In this document: one piece after another, positions 61,944 through 64,000 of the stretch
How the letters are laid out: each line of letters opens with the position of its first letter
How positions within the stretch are numbered: position 1 is the first letter of the stretch
Assembly: GCA_963801815.1 (NCBI GenBank)
Contig: CAWDGJ010000007.1
Coordinates: 64,001-128,000 of the forward strand
Direction of reading: 5' to 3'
DNA from: an uncultured Verrucomicrobiae bacterium
GTDB lineage: Bacteria; Verrucomicrobiota; Verrucomicrobiia; Chthoniobacterales; UBA10450
Length of the DNA stretch: 64,000 bases
Notes under the pieces: generated by a model
What the model saw: only the letters and a program-made list of their open reading frames with translations
What the model was told of the DNA's origin: nothing
Databases searched by the model: none
Made by a program: the position numbers and the translations under genes

Positions 61944-63057
61944 TTACGCGACTTCGTGACGATGCACCCAGACGCTGTTAACGATGCCGAGCGCGAACAT
62001 GATCATGAGCGCAAACGAACCGCTATAGCTGATCAACGGCAACGGCACACCGGTGATCGGCAACATCGAGATGGTCATGCCCACGTTTTGGAATATGTGG
62101 GTGAAAATGAGCGCGGTAATTCCGATGACCAGAAGCAAACCAAATTGATCGCCGGCAAAAAAAGCGACAAAAAGACAGGTCAACAGGAGCAACGCGAAAG
62201 CTCCGATCAGAAACACGCCGCCGACAAATCCCCATTGCTCGCCGATTGCCGAAAAGATGTAGTCGTTGTGGACGGCGGTAGCGGGAAGAAAGCCGAGCTC
62301 GATCTGCGTGTTCGGCGCCTTGAAACCTTTGCCGGCCCAGCCGCCTGATCCGATGGCAATGAGCGATTGGTTGATCGCCCACGACGAGCCCTGCTTGTCG
62401 ATGTCGGGATGCGCGAACGCAGTCAGACGCGCCTGCTGATACGGCTTGAGGACAAGGTTCGCGGTAATCGGAATCGCAGCGAACAGGATCAATAAAATGC
62501 AAATCAGGTAACGAAGCGGCATTCCGCCAACGAAGAGCAGCGCCAGCAATACCGGCACCCAGATGATCGTTTCACCCAAATCCGGCTGCATCAGGATCAA
62601 CAGACAGGGTGCGCCGGCGATTGCACCGCAAACCAGCAAACGCAGCATCGGATGCATTTGCTTGAACTGACTCAGGAACAAGGCCAGCACCATAATCCCG
62701 GCGACGACCGCAAGCTGGGCCGGTTGAAAATTAATCGGACCGAGATGGAGCCAGCTCCGCGCGCCGTAAACCTTTTGCCCCATGAACTTGGTCAGGACTA
62801 AAAAGAAGATACCGGCCAGATACATCGGCAGGGCACCCCACCGAATCCATCGATAATTCGACCAGGCTCGCCACCATGAAGGCGAAGAAACCGACCACGA
62901 CCCAGTTGGCCTGTTTCCGCCAGAAATCTGCAGCCACCGGATCTTCACGCATGTAGGTCGCGCTGTAGATGGCGATGACGCCGAAGACGGCCAGCGCGAG
63001 CATCACCAGGAGGAGGAGCCAGTTGAGGCCGAGCAATTTTCGCAGGAACGGAGTCAT
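61944..63057 (-). CDS. rodA: SEDS family peptidoglycan polymerase RodA (indel near 62865)
   Basis: GARSW, FQPAQ, QPDLG, YQQARL, QSLIAIGSGG, HNDYIFS, PITGVPLPLISYSGS. Confidence 0.88.
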
Positions 63058-63270
63058 GTCGATCTGGTCGGCGCCCGCCGGAACCGGCGCGACCGGCATT
63101 TTCGAGTATATCCAACACCCAAAATTCGCAAAGCGTTTCCGCACTGAAGCTTGGAAAATCCGCTGCCAAACCGCTTCGAACGGTATCCGCTAGAGCTATT
63201 TATCCCTGGTCGAATAAGTCGCTGATTTTCAGACATTTAAGATAAATTTTGAGAAAAAGAGGCCGTTTTC

Positions 63271-63299
63271 TTGTCGACCAGTTTGAACCCAATTAGAAT
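63271..63299 (+). promoter_or_regulatory. Candidate sigma70 promoter
   Basis: TTGTCG-N17-TAGAAT. An IHF-like AATCAGCGACTTA lies on the minus strand at 63215-63227. Confidence 0.5.
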
Positions 63300-63327
63300 T
63301 AGATCTTTCCAGCCGAGGGTCCCAATT

Positions 63328-63781
63328 ATGGCGAAGAAAACAAAGCGAAAGGTCGCGTATCGCAGGCTACCGATGCAGCAACAATTAAATCTGCATCAGG
63401 AAGGAAGACACTTCGATCTCGGCGCGATCTTCAATCAACTCAACCGGCGTTATTTTCGTGGACAGCTGCGGAATTACAAAGTGATGTGGGGCCGGCGCCG
63501 GAAGCATCCACCGAAAGATCATTTCGTCTTTGGGACAATCCAGGAACAAGACCGGGTGATCCGAATTCATCCGCTATTGGACCAGGCGTTCGTGCCGCGC
63601 TGGTATCTTGAAATACGTTCTCTATCACGAAATGCTGCACTCCGTCGTGCCGGACAAAACGTTGCACAACGGAAGACGATTGGTTCACACCGAAGAATTC
63701 AACCGCCGTGAACGCGCATTTCACAGCTACTATCGCGCACGTCGGTGGGAAGATCGGAATCTCGCGCGATTTCTCCGGTAA
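63328..63781 (+). CDS. SprT-like zinc metalloprotease (indel near 63612)
   Basis: FNQLNRRYF, IRIHPLLD, then YVLYHEMLH (HExxH) and HTEEFNRRE in a shifted frame. Confidence 0.82.
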
Positions 63782-63796
63782 CCAGCAATCCGACTC

Positions 63797-64000
63797 TTAC
63801 CGTTTGTCGGCGGCGGGGGGCCGCGAGCTGGCTTCAGACGGCGAGGGAGTCGTTGCTACGTTCTTCTTGATGAGATACCAGACCGTCGCTCGCGAGCAGC
63901 AGGGATATCAACTTCGCGCGCCAATTCTTCAGGAGGAGTCTCTTCATAACGTCCGTGCAATAAAATCTCGCCGATCCGCTGGCGAAACGTTTCCGGTGTA
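63797..64000 (-). CDS. 3' end of an unidentified protein running off the window
   Basis: Open frame TPETFRQRIGEILLHGRYEETPPEELAREVDIP; the stop position is uncertain. Confidence 0.4.

Noticed and set aside
1..64000. CRISPR array, rRNA, IS transposase
   Set aside because: No regularly spaced 25-45-nt direct repeats, rRNA signature or DDE/HUH transposase ORF seen.

Overview
Core-chromosome segment of a moderately GC-rich bacterium. Gene content and repeat style suggest soil Verrucomicrobiota (Chthoniobacterales, Ca. Udaeobacter-like); this assignment is an inference. The left third (4.8-22.4 kb) is an envelope glycosylation locus. It holds six GT-C-fold membrane glycosyltransferases (three TMTC-like with TPRs, one with an apparent Spy/CpxP LTxxQ insert), a GtrB/ArnC-like GT2, an NDP-sugar epimerase and a methyltransferase, with a TonB-dependent receptor embedded among them. 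The rest is mostly housekeeping: gpmI, ribE, aroD, dgt, pdhABC, rpsT, HU, rnhC, mutY, trpB, gmk, split coaC/coaB, ispF, cysS, tRNA-Ser(GGA), hemQ-like, gcvT/H, xseB, dxs, scpA, rodA. Many essential genes near 29-30 kb and at 50-64 kb carry single-base indels that look like read or assembly errors rather than true pseudogenes. The most notable unexplained items are: (1) an apparently self-contained transcription unit encoding a 19-aa Lys/Arg peptide flanked by RNA hairpins (47.6-47.85 kb); (2) a full-length alkaline phosphatase homologue that has lost nearly all catalytic residues; (3) the multi-GT-C locus; (4) REP-like elements inserted in frame in both PdhC linkers; (5) 7-, 8- and 9-nt-period inverted repeat arrays, one pair of which brackets a four-helix-bundle gene. 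No CRISPR array, rRNA, integrase or transposase was seen.
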